This document shows positions 50,327 to 63,753 of a stretch of DNA of 64,000 nt, in pieces (position 1 is the stretch's first letter; the number at the start of each line of letters is the position of its first letter). The stretch is from Azolla caroliniana (lineage: Eukaryota > Plantae > Polypodiophyta). Location of the stretch: the NCBI GenBank assembly GCA_043228905.1, contig JBHGNT010000017.1:13950001-14014000 (forward strand), written 5' to 3'. The notes beneath the pieces were generated by a model. That model was not told the DNA's origin, searched no databases, and saw nothing but the letters and a program-made list of their open reading frames with translations. The position numbers were made by a program, and so were the translations under genes.

Positions 50327-50767
50327 TGTCACGGACACACCAACCATGGACTACGACGGAGCATGGATGACGAAAGTGGAACCGGAAGTGACAAGGCTAG
50401 GAACTCTAGAAGTTGTGGGCAACAAGACTATGAAGATAGGAAGCTAGGGTTAACTGGAGAGCATGAAGACAAATATGAAGATGAAGGAGACAATATGGCA
50501 TGCACTGAAAATACTAGATTGATGTGTCAATGACTGGTGTTGAATCCCTTGAAAGGGACCAAAGAGGTTACAAGCATTTATACAAGTTCTAAGATTGAAT
50601 ATCTCTAGAATATACCTTAGAATATTTCTACAATATATTAACAAAAATATGAGCTAAATTATACAATATTAAACTATATTCATGTTCACAAGAGTTTCCA
50701 TATGGTCTAACACAACACTATGTACTAGGTGTGTTATAGGTCGGAGGTTCGAGTCTAGAATGTGACA
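50327..50767 (-). mobile_element. Solo LTR
   Basis: TGTCAC...GTGACA ends; 5-bp TSD AAAAT; TATA-like motif on minus. Confidence 0.88.
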
Positions 50768-51019
50768 AAAATGACACACATCAATAAATGTTATCTATAG
50801 AATCTGAAACCTTGCTTCCATGTGACTTAGTAGTCGACTATGCACACTTTGGACACATAAGTGATAGTAAGTTGTTAGATTTCTAAATGTCAAGGCCTAT
50901 GGTTCAAGACTCAACTTTCATGCCTCTCAATATTACACCATACTTTTGTTTTTCCTAATATATTGGATGCCACTCTAGAATGGCCTCCTCCTTCTTCTTC
51001 TTCGCTCTCTCTCACTCTC

Positions 51020-52911
51020 TTAGAGAGACAATGCCACCAGGCATACTTTCAAGAGCCACGAACTAAGGGGTGGCTCTTTGACTCATTAGTGACCCCTTCC
51101 CTCATGTATGCATCAGTGGTTTGGGCTCCAAGGCTACCATCTTTCATGTGAACGAAATTAGAGCAACCATTGGTGACGATGTTATCACGTCAACTCTGAA
51201 GCAAATCGACAGTACTACATGACATTATTAGAGCAGAGTTCACTTTACCCCCGATGTTAGTAGACGCACTTTTCCAACTCGTCGTTTTTATTCATAGGAT
51301 ACATAGCCAACCACAAGATGGGATATCTCGTCAAGCTTTTGAGGCATCTTAATCACTATATCAATCTGGAGATACTAGCTCTTTAGTATAGCATTGTAGT
51401 GAGTTGGCTTCTTGCAAATGGCCTAGACATTAATAACCTACCTCCCCTTAGGTACAACCATGAGACTAATAACACTTTAATATCTCATGAGGATCGTAAC
51501 AAAATAATACACCAAGAAATATAGAAAATTTACACTCGATATAAATAGATCAACCCTCTAGATCCACTCCCATCTAAAACGTTACATACTATAAGGAACA
51601 CCTTCACACACTTCTGTAAGTTAGGTTTTATTACACGACCAAAATATCTAGATACATTCTTAACAAATACACTAAGGGTTGCCATTGGACAACTTAGAAG
51701 ATCATCTCACCAACTTGAGATTGAGAATGTTCATACCAATGGAGTCCCTTGTTATGTACACATAACGTTGGTGAGGGTAGGTCACTAATATTTACATTAG
51801 TGAAGGGTATGTTCACTATTATTAAAAAGGGGACTAATGATTGGATAGAATGAATGATATGTGCATGCACTATCATGATTTAGACAACCAATGAATAGAG
51901 AGCCTTTTAGAAAGGCACATCTATTCAAGGGGCCTAGGAAAAGGTATAAATATGAGGCTTAGCTACCCTCATAGGAATCACGTCAGAAGGCTGCTGTCGT
52001 AGACACCGGTGGTGCGGGCTAGGCTTTCGTCTCGACGATCGTGTTTATCTCTTCCAAGGTATTAGTCATCCTAATATCCGGCGGTATGGGACGTCGGTGG
52101 TAGGTTGGCTATGTCTAGATCATAGCTCGGGGGTGGTCGGGTGGAACGGGTTCTTCTATCCAATCTATTTTCTTCCTTTTTACTTGATTTGGTCTATTGA
52201 TTAGTAATAGACTCTTAACATCCCTAGAGAGGAAAAGATATGTAGATTATGTCACATGAAGATAGAGGATGAGTATCACTTTACATGCAAGTGTCCAACT
52301 TACACTGAGATAAGGGCAACACAAACATACTCGGCCCCTCTCCCACCCTCCACAAACTATTAGATACTCTAGACACAAATAAATTAGGTAGATATATCTT
52401 AGAGCTAAAACAATAGAGAGAATAAGCTACAAAATGTTAACAAAAACCTTTCTAATATTCACCAACATGTAAAGAATGAAAATTTTCAGGGATAGGGAGA
52501 CAATGAATGTGGACACACCTACACCACTCGGCCTCTCCATTGTTGAAGTAGAAAACCAAAGAACAACTAAATGCCCTTGGATGTCAGGCTTCAAAGCAAC
52601 TCGACGTGATGTAGAAGCAACCAAGAAGATAAGGGAACATGAGTTACACTACCTAGAAGCTATGGTTGGGGTACCACACGGCAACACGCCACACCCAAAT
52701 CGAAACCCTTTGACCTTCCGTTTCTTTTTGAGAGAGTTGGATGAAAATGAAACTAGGCCTAGTACAAAGTCATTTCTTTTATATAATATGTTACCTACAC
52801 CATAACATGCTTTGTACACATGCTATAACTCTTTTGGCTTAAGTTCTATTTTGACCAATTTTGGTCTTAGAAGGCGAACTTAATATATCGTTCTTTCTTT
52901 CTTTCTTCTTT
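51020..52911 (+). mobile_element. Second copy of the RTEX/L2-like LINE, in a (CT)n tract
   Basis: Colinear with 15921-17190; same (TTTC)n tail; CT repeats on both flanks. Confidence 0.82.
51750..52220 (+). mobile_element. Solo LTR nested in the LINE
   Basis: TGTTA...TAACA; 5-bp TSD TCCCT (51745-51749, 52221-52225). Confidence 0.9.
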
Positions 52912-53984
52912 CTCTAGACTCTCTCTCTCTCTCTCATATTTGTTGTTTCTCTGCAAAACATGTTTATGAGGGACTTCATCAACCACATACTCGTATTTCA
53001 AGCCATTATTTTACTACTAAGCCCCTTTTCTTAGGATCAGATGACTTCACATGTACTCTTGCTTGCAACTTACATGTTCTATCTTAAAATCTTTGTCATG
53101 TATTGTGTTGAGAACTTCATAGGAACCTATGGGGAATATCTACAATGCAATCTATGAATATGATATTAAGAAGCTCATATGAATCCCAAATTTGGTGCAC
53201 ATGTAACTGTTCTTATAGTAGTACAACATGTAACAGTTCTTATGGTCTCTTGTATTTGCAACCTAAGACGTAGAAGTAATTAATGGTTCAAAACCACAAG
53301 TAACCTATAAATCCCATTTTTCTAGAATAATAGGATTTGGTAACAGGAAATAGTCAATCATTGGGCGAAGGGTTCATGGTAATCTTATTCTTAATGGAAT
53401 GATTGGAGGTGTGTATATGCATGAGCATGCTGATTTGTGTGAAACCATATGTCATGGACTCTATTTCTTCTAATTTTGAAATGCTTCGCTGTTTTTAAAT
53501 GGTTTGGTGGTTCCGTTTAGGCTTGAGCTTCCTCAGCCGGTTTGAGCTCAATTAGGTTTGGCTTGGGCCTTTCGAAACAGGTTAAGCCTTAACTAGTTTA
53601 GAGATCAGTTTAGTTTAGGCTTGACAGGTTTGTCTTGGACGAGGTCAAACTGGTTAACTGAAACCTAACCATTGCCGATTCCAAGTCGGGATTGACAAAA
53701 CTTGGGTTCGGGCCCGAACCGAGCCGTGAAACCGTGGTGTAACCGGCTCGGTTTATGTAGTTCTAGAGATAAGCAAATGGCTCGAGTTCGGTTCAAGGGT
53801 ACCGTTTGCTGCTTCTCAACCCCAACAATTCCTTCTTTAAGTTTCTGTTGTAAAGAAACACCTGCCAACATAACCCTAATACTTGAAGAAAAATGAATTT
53901 GAGGAACAGATGAGAAGCATTGGATGATTTGCTTTGATTTGATTTAATTATATTTGATCTGATATGGTTTGATTGTATTGAAGA

Positions 53985-56660
53985 ATGGCCATGGAAGAAG
54001 AGGAAGACGACAACCTAGCTGACACCTGCTTCAATCCAAGGACATGGCTCCCTTCACAAATCCTTCCTGCCCATTTGCTCTACGAGCAAATGCAACAGAG
54101 TGGCATTACTCCCAACAAATACATATACCCTGCAACCTTAAAAGTATGTGGCGACCTCCGAGAACTGAAACAAGGTAGGGTTCTGCATGATCATGTTCTT
54201 AGACATGGTCTTGAATCAGACATTGTCATTGGAAGTGCCCTTGTTGATCTGTATTGCAAGTGTGGAAGCCTCGATGAATCATCCCATTTGTTCCATAACT
54301 TGCCCATCAGAAATGTTGTCACTTGGGGTGCTTTGATCTCTGGCTATGCTCAGTATGGCTATGGTGACTCTGCATCTCAACTCTTTGCTAGGATGAAGAT
54401 GGAAGGCATTAAGCCCAACAAGGTAGTCTTTTTGAGCATTTTGAAGGCTTTCGGTGCTAGTGCAAGATTGCAAAAGGGTAGATTGTTCCATAATGAGATC
54501 CTTAGAAGTGGATTTGAAAAAGATTTGGCGGTTGCAAACATGTTGATTTTCATGTATTCTAGAGGGGGAAATATGGAGGAGGCATACTCTGTTTTCAGAA
54601 TGTTAAGGTTTCGTAATGTTGTGTCATGGGGAACACTATTAAGTGGGTATATGCAACAAGACCGAGGAGAGATTGTGCTCAAACTCATAGAAAAAATGGA
54701 TCTTGATGGCATTAAGCCCAACACATTTATCTTTTCATGCATCTTGAAGGCATGTGGTGGCACTGAATCTTCAAAGCAAGGAAAGTTGGTGCATGACCAG
54801 ATCATTAGAAACAAACTTGAGACCGATACTGTGCTTTCTAGTTGCTTAATTGACATGTATTCAGAGCAAGGGATTCTGCATGAAGGTCGATATGTGTTTG
54901 ATAAACTAAAAGACAGAAATATAGTTTCATGGAATGTGATGATGTGTGGGTATGTCCATCACGGACACAGTCTCCATGCACTCAGCTTCTTTGCTAAGAT
55001 GAACCAAGAGGGCGCAGAGCCAAACAAAGCAACTTACTTATACCTTTTACAGGCATGTGGTGATTCCGGAGGTATATTAGAGGGCAACATGTTGCATGCT
55101 CATATAGTTGAAAGTGCAACTGTAGTGGATGTGATTATTGGAAGCTCGCTTATTGACATGTATACCAAATGTGGGGGTTTAGAGGATGCTCATGAGGTTT
55201 TCTGTAGATTATCTAAGAGGAATGTGATCTCATGGAGTGCCATTATCAGGGGATATGCTTATCATGGACATCATCTTCATGCTTTGGAACTCTTTGAAAG
55301 AATGAAAGAAGAAGACATACAACCTGACAAAGTTACCTTTCTATGTGCTTTAAAGGCCATTGGAAACCTAAGGATGATGATACAGGGAACACTAATTCAT
55401 GACTCTGTTATTCTAATAGGACTAGAATCAGATGTGATGATTGGGAATGGTCTTATGCACATGTATTGCAGCTGTGGCAGCTTTGAATCTGCTTGCAAAG
55501 TGTTTGATAACATGCCTAATAGAGATGTTGTATCTTGGAGTGCAATGATCACAGCACATGCTGCTCATGGTGACATTGCAATAGCATTTGGCCTTTTCAA
55601 GAGGATGCAACAAGAGAAAATAATTCCTGATAGAGTTACATTGTTATGCATGGTAAAAGCGTGTGGCATAATCGGAGCATTAGATCAGGGCAAGCTTATA
55701 CATGACTATATCCAACACAATGGAGCCGATTTAGAATTAGCTGTAGGGAATGCACTTGTTGATATGTATGCAAGATGTGGGAGCTTGGAAGACTCATCGA
55801 GAGTGTTTCATAACTTATCGGAACCAGACATTATTTCATGGGGAGCAATGATTGCTGGATATGCAGAGCATGGTAGCTTTAATGAGGCATGGGAATGCTT
55901 GCAAGCTATGGAAAGGCGAGGGTTAGTGCCGAATGGTATTATGTTTACTTCCATTCTTTCAGCATGTGGTCGGTCTGGTAATATCAATACAGGGCATCTA
56001 TATTTTCGGCTTATGATCGAGCGATATGGTATAATACCTACTTTTGAGCATGTTAACTGCATGGGTGACCTTTTTGGTCATGCAGGCTGCTTAGAGGATG
56101 CTATGCAGCTATTGCAATGTATGCCAAACCAACCTGACCTTACTGGGTGGATGTCTCTCCTGACAGCATGTAGAACACATGGTAATAGAGAAGTAGGGAA
56201 GAAATCCTTCTATAAAATATCAGAACAAGATCTAAGCTATGCAGGAGGATACGATTTCATGGCGGATATTTATGCCGATGGTGAGGACCGGGAAGTTGCA
56301 TCAAAGATTCAGGAATTAAGGTCTATGAGTAAGGCCTGGAAAAAACCTGGAAAAGCATGGATGGAGATTGGGAACAATATTTATGAGTTTATTGTTGGGG
56401 ATAAGTCACACCCTCGATATGAAGACATTCGATCGAAGTTGGGAAGTTTGAGTGGTTTGATGAAGAAAGGAGGGTATCTACCACACCTTGATGTAGTAAC
56501 TGACCGATTGATTGGGAAAGATGAGGGGTTTAATAATGGCAGTGAAACCCAAATGTGTACTAACAGTAATATATTTTCAAACATTTCTAAAAGAGAAGAA
56601 GATAATACGTTAAATGTTTTTCGTGGTGTTCATTCCATGTGTATGTATGTGCATGTGTGA
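53985..56660 (+). CDS. PLS-class PPR protein with E1/E2 and PG-box (E+), lacking the DYW catalytic part
   Basis: 891-aa intronless ORF of P-L-S triplets; KKPGKAWMEI..FIVGDKSHP..MKKGGYLP; no HxE or CxxC. Confidence 0.95.
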   Translation: MAMEEEEDDNLADTCFNPRTWLPSQILPAHLLYEQMQQSGITPNKYIYPATLKVCGDLRELKQGRVLHDHVLRHGLESDIVIGSALVDLYCKCGSLDESSHLFHNLPIRNVVTWGALISGYAQYGYGDSASQLFARMKMEGIKPNKVVFLSILKAFGASARLQKGRLFHNEILRSGFEKDLAVANMLIFMYSRGGNMEEAYSVFRMLRFRNVVSWGTLLSGYMQQDRGEIVLKLIEKMDLDGIKPNTFIFSCILKACGGTESSKQGKLVHDQIIRNKLETDTVLSSCLIDMYSEQGILHEGRYVFDKLKDRNIVSWNVMMCGYVHHGHSLHALSFFAKMNQEGAEPNKATYLYLLQACGDSGGILEGNMLHAHIVESATVVDVIIGSSLIDMYTKCGGLEDAHEVFCRLSKRNVISWSAIIRGYAYHGHHLHALELFERMKEEDIQPDKVTFLCALKAIGNLRMMIQGTLIHDSVILIGLESDVMIGNGLMHMYCSCGSFESACKVFDNMPNRDVVSWSAMITAHAAHGDIAIAFGLFKRMQQEKIIPDRVTLLCMVKACGIIGALDQGKLIHDYIQHNGADLELAVGNALVDMYARCGSLEDSSRVFHNLSEPDIISWGAMIAGYAEHGSFNEAWECLQAMERRGLVPNGIMFTSILSACGRSGNINTGHLYFRLMIERYGIIPTFEHVNCMGDLFGHAGCLEDAMQLLQCMPNQPDLTGWMSLLTACRTHGNREVGKKSFYKISEQDLSYAGGYDFMADIYADGEDREVASKIQELRSMSKAWKKPGKAWMEIGNNIYEFIVGDKSHPRYEDIRSKLGSLSGLMKKGGYLPHLDVVTDRLIGKDEGFNNGSETQMCTNSNIFSNISKREEDNTLNVFRGVHSMCMYVHV

Positions 56661-58282
56661 GTCTCTTGTTTATAGATTGTATTCTAATTGTAATACATTG
56701 TCGAAACGTTTTTTAAGAGAGAAGATGAGACATTCGGTGTTTAAAATCAAGAAGATAAATTCATAGCAAATGATTCTATGTTGGTCTTAGAAACTAGGAT
56801 TTGATTGAATCTAAGTGTATATACTCCATGTTTAGACAATGTGTCATCTTGAGAGAACAAATCATTTCCATTGAGGATAATCAGGTGACAGAAACGGATT
56901 GCTTGTAAATTACCTTCATCCCATTCAAGTTCACTATGAAAAAACCAATATGAGATGAAATTATCCTTTCCGTCTCCAATTATTATTGTCGCACATTCAC
57001 CTTTCTCTTGTTTTGTCCAAGATTCTGGGCTCCATTATGGGCCCCATATTCCATTTGTCTTTGCATATGTTTACACATATTGAGATCCATTTTGGATGTT
57101 TGATCCTATCTACAAAAACCTATGAAGTCTCTTTGCATCCACCAATATATTTTATAATATGGATATACTTTTTAGTAGATTTTAATCACCATAGTGGTAA
57201 AAAATCCCTTATATTTTAGTTTAAAATATTATGAAATATCTCTCCCATGGACATTTTGTAAACAATACATGACCATAACAAAATGGCATCTGACAATTTA
57301 CATGCACATATGCTCTCTGCTTTCCGAATAAAGTAACTGATCAAAATAAGGAAGGATTTCTTTTTCCCTGTGATATGCCTTGCAGATAATTTATTCTACT
57401 CGATTTAGATGTAGAGCACAAACATTCTATAGTTGAACACTCAGCTGTCTAGTGAATGAATTTGTCTCAAGTGAGGTGCTCAAGTTTTTAATGCTACAGA
57501 ATGCACTTAAAACAAATTCTGTTCACTCCAAAAGAATAACAGACAAAGATTATGTTCCATATTAAGTTAGATTAGGCCACTCATGCCTCAGAATAAACCA
57601 CTGCCAAACACTGTACTTTGAAATTGTTGCCTTTACACATAAATTTTCCCGAAGGGATTGGTTAAACCACGCATGGACTCTATGCCCAAACATGATAAAA
57701 TACACTTGGTTCTAATAAGATACACTCTTGAATCAATATGCAGTCATCTGTTATGGTGGGAACATTTCAAATCTGTTATACGATGTACAGGGGAAATACT
57801 TTCACATTGTGCTTTAGTACCATAATGTCTTATTTGACTTGAATTTATATTTCTTACAACTTGCATTTACATAGGTGACTATCCTGTCTTTCTAGCATTT
57901 CGAATTCAATTTGCATACCAATGTGGTCATTCAAAAGCGTGATTCCAATGCATGGTCTTGGACTGATAACCTCTATCAGAGTCAGTTCCAAGGCTTCGTA
58001 CATGTTCCATATTTTTCTTCTGATGTTTGAGGAAGGATGCATAAACCCTAGCCATGACATCTGAAGCCTCTTATAAGATGTATAAAGACAATACTTGCAC
58101 ATTGTATTGTAGTACCTTTCTAGAGTTTAACGATTCAAGTTATCCATCACAAGATAAATTCCCACTCCGTCATATTGAGATCTTTGTGATTCCCACATTA
58201 CTGCACTTTGGCTTTGGGTCTTGCGTTTGAAACTTTGGGTTCGAATCACACTTAAGTTTTGTATTCATTCACGAACGTGGCA

Positions 58283-59941
58283 TTAACTCTGCAACATTTT
58301 TAATCTCATGGCTTGTACCTTTTCAGCATCCTGTTTCATGTTAGAGGCCGAATAGATATTAGCCATGAGGGTATAATGAGCATCATTACTATGTAGTTGT
58401 GATGCATTTTCAAAGGCAAACCTCCCTAGATCCACATATCCCCATTTCCGACATGCACCTAAAAGAGCAGCCCAAACCGGTGGATAGTCTGAACATGGCA
58501 TCTTCTTAATTGCTGTCACTGCCTTATCTATATGTCCGGCCCGACCAAATATATCCACCATGCAAGTATAGTGCTCTAAATCTAGAAACATGCCATGACT
58601 TTGACTCATGTTAACAAAACATGTTTCTCCCTCATCCACCAAGCCAGAGTGACTACATGCATTGAGCAAACATAAGAAAGTGACAATATTTGGGGTTAGC
58701 CCTTCAGATACCATTTGTTTGAAACATGCCATCGCTTCTATTCCTTGGCCTCCTTGGGCATATCCCGAGATCAATGCATTCCAAGAGGTAATGCTCCGAT
58801 TCGGAAGCTTTTGAAGCACTTCGTATGCTTTCAGAAGAGCCCCACATCTCGCATACATATCAACCAAAGCAGTGCCAAGCACAGCATCGTTTTCTAGCAA
58901 CCCTTGCTTATCAATTTCATCATGGATCTCCTTTCCTTTGTCAAATGCTCCCATGGATCCACAAGCTTTTAAGACGCAAGTGAATGTGATTTCATCAGGC
59001 AATATGCCGTCTTGTCTCATCGATTCAAGACAATCTAGTGCTTCTTCAGCCCTACATTGTTGTAAATATCCTGAAATCAGTGCATTCCATGAGACTATAT
59101 TTCGAGTCGACCCTAGATCAGAGAGAGCTTTTCGAGCTTTTACAAGGCACCCGCATCTCGCATACATATCAACCAAAGCATTCCCAAGACGGACATCATC
59201 GTCTTTCAACAAACGTTTGGCCATAATCTCATCATGAACCTCTTCACCCATGCAAAGCTTTCTCATGCGTCCACAAACTTTCAAAATACAAGTAAACGTG
59301 ATAGAATTAGGTGCTATACCTTCATTCTTCATGCATTCAAAGCAATTTAATGCTTCCTCATCTTGCCCCAACCGAATATATCCTGTTATTAGAGCATTCC
59401 AAGTGGCCACATTTCGGGTCGGCATCTTGCAAAGCACATGCTTTGCTTCTATCAACACACCAAATTTAGCATACATATCCACCAAAGCATTGCTAAGCAC
59501 AACATGTTTGTTGCTCTCCAATAAACCCTTATTCATAATCTCGCTATGAATCAATCTCCCCTTCTTTATGGCTGGAATGGATCCACAAGCCTTCAACAGA
59601 GAAGTATATGTTACAGAATCAGACGAGAAGCCATCACTCTGCATCTCATCATAAGCTTTCATGGCCTCCTCACATTGACCCAAATGGGTATACCCTGAGA
59701 TGAGGGCAGACCAAGAGACACTATCCCTGAAAGGAAGGTTTTCAAGGACTTGGTGGGCTTTTGTGATCATACCACATTTTGCATACATACTCACCAGAGT
59801 GTTACCCACATAAGGGCTCCTCTCAAGTAAGCCCTTCTTCAGAATGCTTGTGTGAGCTCTCATACCTCTGCATAGATCTTTCTTCTGTGTGCAGTCCTTC
59901 AGTAAGGCCACAAAGGCCATACCTTCCTTGCATTGCTTCAT
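58283..59941 (-). CDS. PLS-class PPR protein, E subgroup
   Basis: Intronless ORF with PLS repeats, EHYTCMVDIFGRAG, WAALLGACRKWG, YTLMANIY; first ATG at 59941. Confidence 0.93.
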   Translation of the reverse strand: MKQCKEGMAFVALLKDCTQKKDLCRGMRAHTSILKKGLLERSPYVGNTLVSMYAKCGMITKAHQVLENLPFRDSVSWSALISGYTHLGQCEEAMKAYDEMQSDGFSSDSVTYTSLLKACGSIPAIKKGRLIHSEIMNKGLLESNKHVVLSNALVDMYAKFGVLIEAKHVLCKMPTRNVATWNALITGYIRLGQDEEALNCFECMKNEGIAPNSITFTCILKVCGRMRKLCMGEEVHDEIMAKRLLKDDDVRLGNALVDMYARCGCLVKARKALSDLGSTRNIVSWNALISGYLQQCRAEEALDCLESMRQDGILPDEITFTCVLKACGSMGAFDKGKEIHDEIDKQGLLENDAVLGTALVDMYARCGALLKAYEVLQKLPNRSITSWNALISGYAQGGQGIEAMACFKQMVSEGLTPNIVTFLCLLNACSHSGLVDEGETCFVNMSQSHGMFLDLEHYTCMVDIFGRAGHIDKAVTAIKKMPCSDYPPVWAALLGACRKWGYVDLGRFAFENASQLHSNDAHYTLMANIYSASNMKQDAEKVQAMRLKMLQS

Positions 59942-61167
59942 GAGCAAGACAAGAGCAGCCCTGTTCTACTCTTTGAGTTTCCATGCTAATATTTATGTGA
60001 ATCAATCAATAGTGGTCATTCATTACTCTTGTGTTTTTTTCTACACTAGTCCAAAGTGTCCATAGGATGCAATCGATCCGGTTCGAAACCTCGGATCGCC
60101 CACAAGAGACTCTTCTTGTTACGTTCGGACTCGGTGAATCAATATGTATGTTACACCCCTAGATTATGGGGGGGACAAGTACACACGGTCGAGACACCAA
60201 TTAGGACACAAATCGTAGTTATATCTCATTATGAATACACAAGATTACAACCGTCCCAAATTAGGATAAACCACTCGGAGTTGGGACTGAGTCGGAACAA
60301 CTCCCTGAAACCACCATAAGGGGGAGATGGCAAAATGATTACACACTTCTTAGATCTGAGATGAGAATGAGAAAGTGTGAGAGAATGGATATCAGAAAAT
60401 GGTAATGTGGGAATAGTTACACATGAGGAAGGATCCGCCCTATATAGGCCAAATATGGTCGTTGGGTGGTCCCCTTGGGACTGCCCATTGAGACTATGTT
60501 ATCCCATCCCAAGGTGGAGCCTTCTTTGGGACTGGGACTGGGACTAGCGCCCATGATGAGTCCCAACTCACATTGGGACAACTTATGGACACCACAATGT
60601 ATCCTACACATATCCGATGTCCACAAGATGCTTTCTAGTTCGAAACCTCGGATTGACCACGAGAGACTCTTGTTACATTTGGACTCAGTTTGGTTTTTCA
60701 ATACACTTGGATTACATACATGCCTTTCTCTCATTTTTCCTCACGCACAAATTCGTATGTGTATGAAGCTTCAAATTTTTAAACATTCAAGAGTTTCAAT
60801 AATAATCATACCTTCAATTTAGTGAATCTATAAGCTATAAGTAGAGTTTTTGTGGGGCCGGTTGAAGTCTATTAAATGGCAATGCCTCAAAATGGAATGA
60901 CCTTGATGTCTTATGGAAAAAGTGATGGACAATAAGCTTGATGATTTTGTCAACTATTCTTTAATTATTGCGATATGTGTGCCAATAAATGCCGTGACAA
61001 CCCTAACATATAATCATTGCTTCCCATGTCAATGAAACCCACAATAATTAAAGAGTCTAATATGTACTTCTATGATGTATCGTTAAAAGTTTCAAGAGTG
61101 ATAACAAATTTCTATACTAAACAATTATGTCACTTACATTTCTTGTTATATGAAAAGAAGAATTTTC

Positions 61168-61577
61168 TTTTTCTTTTTTTCCAAAAAAAAAAAGACTCCT
61201 TCCATTAGTTATACAATTTTACAAATGAGATTATTATGTACAAATCTCTGTAGGGACGCGATAGTTCCATCTTATGTGGATGCCCACTAACTCAAGAAAG
61301 GGAGAGAACGACCATTGTTGGATGAAGGCTATTCGTTGTCTTTCAACTCCATCGGAGCTGCCCTTGAGGCCATCATATTGGCTCTTTAGAGTGGCTACAA
61401 TTTCACTCCATATCTCTTGCAGTAACATTGTTGGATATGCGGTTTGGTTGGAGAAGACCCGTCTACACCGTTGTTTCCATAGAATCCAAAGAGTTATTGG
61501 GCTGACCAATTCCAACACAACTTGAGATTTGTCATTAAGAGGACTTGAGTGGACTTTGGCGAGGGTGGAGAAAGAAG
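61168..61577 (-). mobile_element. Short 5'-truncated L1 fragment
   Basis: TLWILWKQRCRRVF..WNYRVP resembles the L1 end at 38900-39180; A-rich tail; 13-bp TSD AAGAAGAATTTTC (61155-61167, 61578-61590). Confidence 0.82.
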
Positions 61578-61962
61578 AAGAAGAATTTTCAATATTGTAA
61601 ATAAGGAACATTGCATTACTTCAATATATTCCATAAGCTAATTATTCTATATGGTAGAAAAGACTACATGGGAAACAAAGTTATATACATTTACATAATA
61701 ATGTAAACACTTTTTGCTAGCATCGCTTGCTCTCAAAATGGAAGTGTCACTCTAATCTTCACTCCATTTTGAATGTGAATAGAAGACATCCCCAAGTACA
61801 ACCTTGCATCGAACTTCACACTCAAAATACTAAAAATTAAGTGTTTACTAGGATCAAACCACAATAAAAAAGGAAGTGCACATAAGCCTTGAGAGGAAAG
61901 GAAAGGCAGTGTCAAAAGAAGAACTTTAGTGACCATTTTATATGACATTTTTTGCCACTCCT

Positions 61963-62235
61963 TCCATGTCTTGCATGGCGAAGCAAGTTGGTGTTTGAAA
62001 TTGTAGCTTGAATTTTATAGTGATGAAGAGCTTTAGTTGCCAGTTTCATTACACTGTTATTGCTTCTTCCATGTTTTGCACAACAGAAAAAAGGTGTATG
62101 AAATTGTAACTTCAATCTTATCATGAAGAAGAGCTTTTGTAGTCATTTGCATTACACTTTATCACTTTTCGTTGCTTCTACCATGTCTTGTGTGCCAAAA
62201 AAAGGTGTTTGAAATCGTAGATTGAATCTTATTGG
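61963..62235. repeat. Degenerate ~105-110-bp tandem repeat (x2.5-3)
   Basis: ccatgt(c/t)ttg...ggtgt(t/a)tgaaat(t/c)gta recurs at ~61963, 62069 and 62180. Confidence 0.7.
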
Positions 62236-62536
62236 AAAACTAGCTCTAGCTCTTCTTGATGAACAATTATGGATAATGTGGAAGTTACTTCCTTGTTTAT
62301 AAGGAAAACAAAAGGTGTTGGATAAACTAGTTGTTGCCATCTTAATTTTAATATTTACACCAAAAAAACTTAAAAGGTGACTCAATTGATAGGTAGCTAT
62401 AAAGCTCATTTTGTCTGGTCATAGTTCCATTGATCATGAAAATTTATATTTCCTCATAAAGAACTAGACCAAAAAGTCCTTTGTGCACACTCAAGAATCA
62501 TGCACTTTGTCAAAATTAGTGCAATTCATTGAGCGT

Positions 62537-62828
62537 ATACTAGTCCCTTCTGTATTTTGGGATTCTTTTCCTTTGACATTTTGATGTGTCTCCACATTTA
62601 TGCCTACACATACTGGTCCCTTCCGTATTTTGGGATTCTTTTCCTTTGACATTTTGATGTGTCTCCACATTTATGCCTACACATACTGGTCCCTTCCGTA
62701 TTTTGGCATTCTTTTGCTATGACATTTTGACGTGACTCCACATTTATTCCCACATATACTAGTCCCTTCCGTATTTTGGCATTCTTTTGCTTCGACATTT
62801 TGACGTGTCTCCATATTTATGCCTACAC
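62537..62828. repeat. ~73-bp tandem repeat (x4)
   Basis: atact(a/g)gtcccttccgtattttgg...gacattttga..tctccacatttatgcctacac. Confidence 0.9.
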
Positions 62829-63753
62829 TCACTCATATCACCAAGGATGCCATGAGATCTCTATTGTTGTCGCGTCTCGTCTATTTTCTCATGATTTTAA
62901 AGGCAACTCTTTGAAAACATGCTTTGAAATAGTAACTTTAATACCCTCATACCCAAGGTTTCACCTTTGATGGTAGTCATATAAGGATATAACAAAAACT
63001 AGAGCATACCTCCTTATTCACACTTATTGGGTAGTAATATATTATTATTGGTGTACCCGGTTGAAGCTTGTCATGAATTGGAACAAGTTCATCATATCCC
63101 TCCATTGAAGCATTAAGTGGCTCTAGCGATAGCAAGTGAGGATAGCAAGTCTCACTTACGACACATTATGACAAAAGAATATTGACCAAACTATTCCACA
63201 ATAAGTTGGGGCTTTTAAAAAAAGACTCCTTTGACACCATGAACAAGAAGATGGTTTCAGGTCTTCCATGGAGTTAGAAATCTTCTCGACTTTGAATTCT
63301 TCTGCCCACCATGCATGATTAATCTGAAAGATAGTGTGGCTAAGATATTCTTAACTTCTAGAATCAATTATGAGTCCAAAAGAATGTCTTCACAAGAAAC
63401 CATTACAAAACTTATGTAGTCCATCCCACCAGTTGACATTGACCCTCTCTAGGAATTACTTAATCCTTCTATTATGGACTTGAAATGTCCAAGATTTATG
63501 CAAACTAGACAAAAAGGTTTGTCCTCTCAGCAAAATTGATACATCATATTGCATTGTTTGGTAGTTGCATTGTTATGCTATTACAATGGATATGAAGTAT
63601 TATGTATGATACAAGTGTCTACACCAGACAACAAGAGTCAATGGTGTACTAATTTTTACAGGTAAAAGATACATATGCATATTCACATGGTTTTCCTTGG
63701 ATGAATGTAAAACCCACTGAATTTGAGCTACTTCTAATTTGTGTAAGAATAGG

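Noticed and set aside
53500-53880. Promoter elements (site II TGGGCC, telo-box-like AACCCTA) or MITE relic upstream of the PPR
   Set aside because: Short motifs expected by chance; no TIR/TSD and no TSS evidence.
54279-59549. Antisense ORFs over the PPR genes (and over Copia pol elsewhere)
   Set aside because: Shadow ORFs of long coding sequences with no independent features.
60060-60720. Possible solo LTR flanked by a ~55-bp direct repeat (60080-60135, 60637-60690)
   Set aside because: No matching TSD or clear TG...CA boundary pair found.
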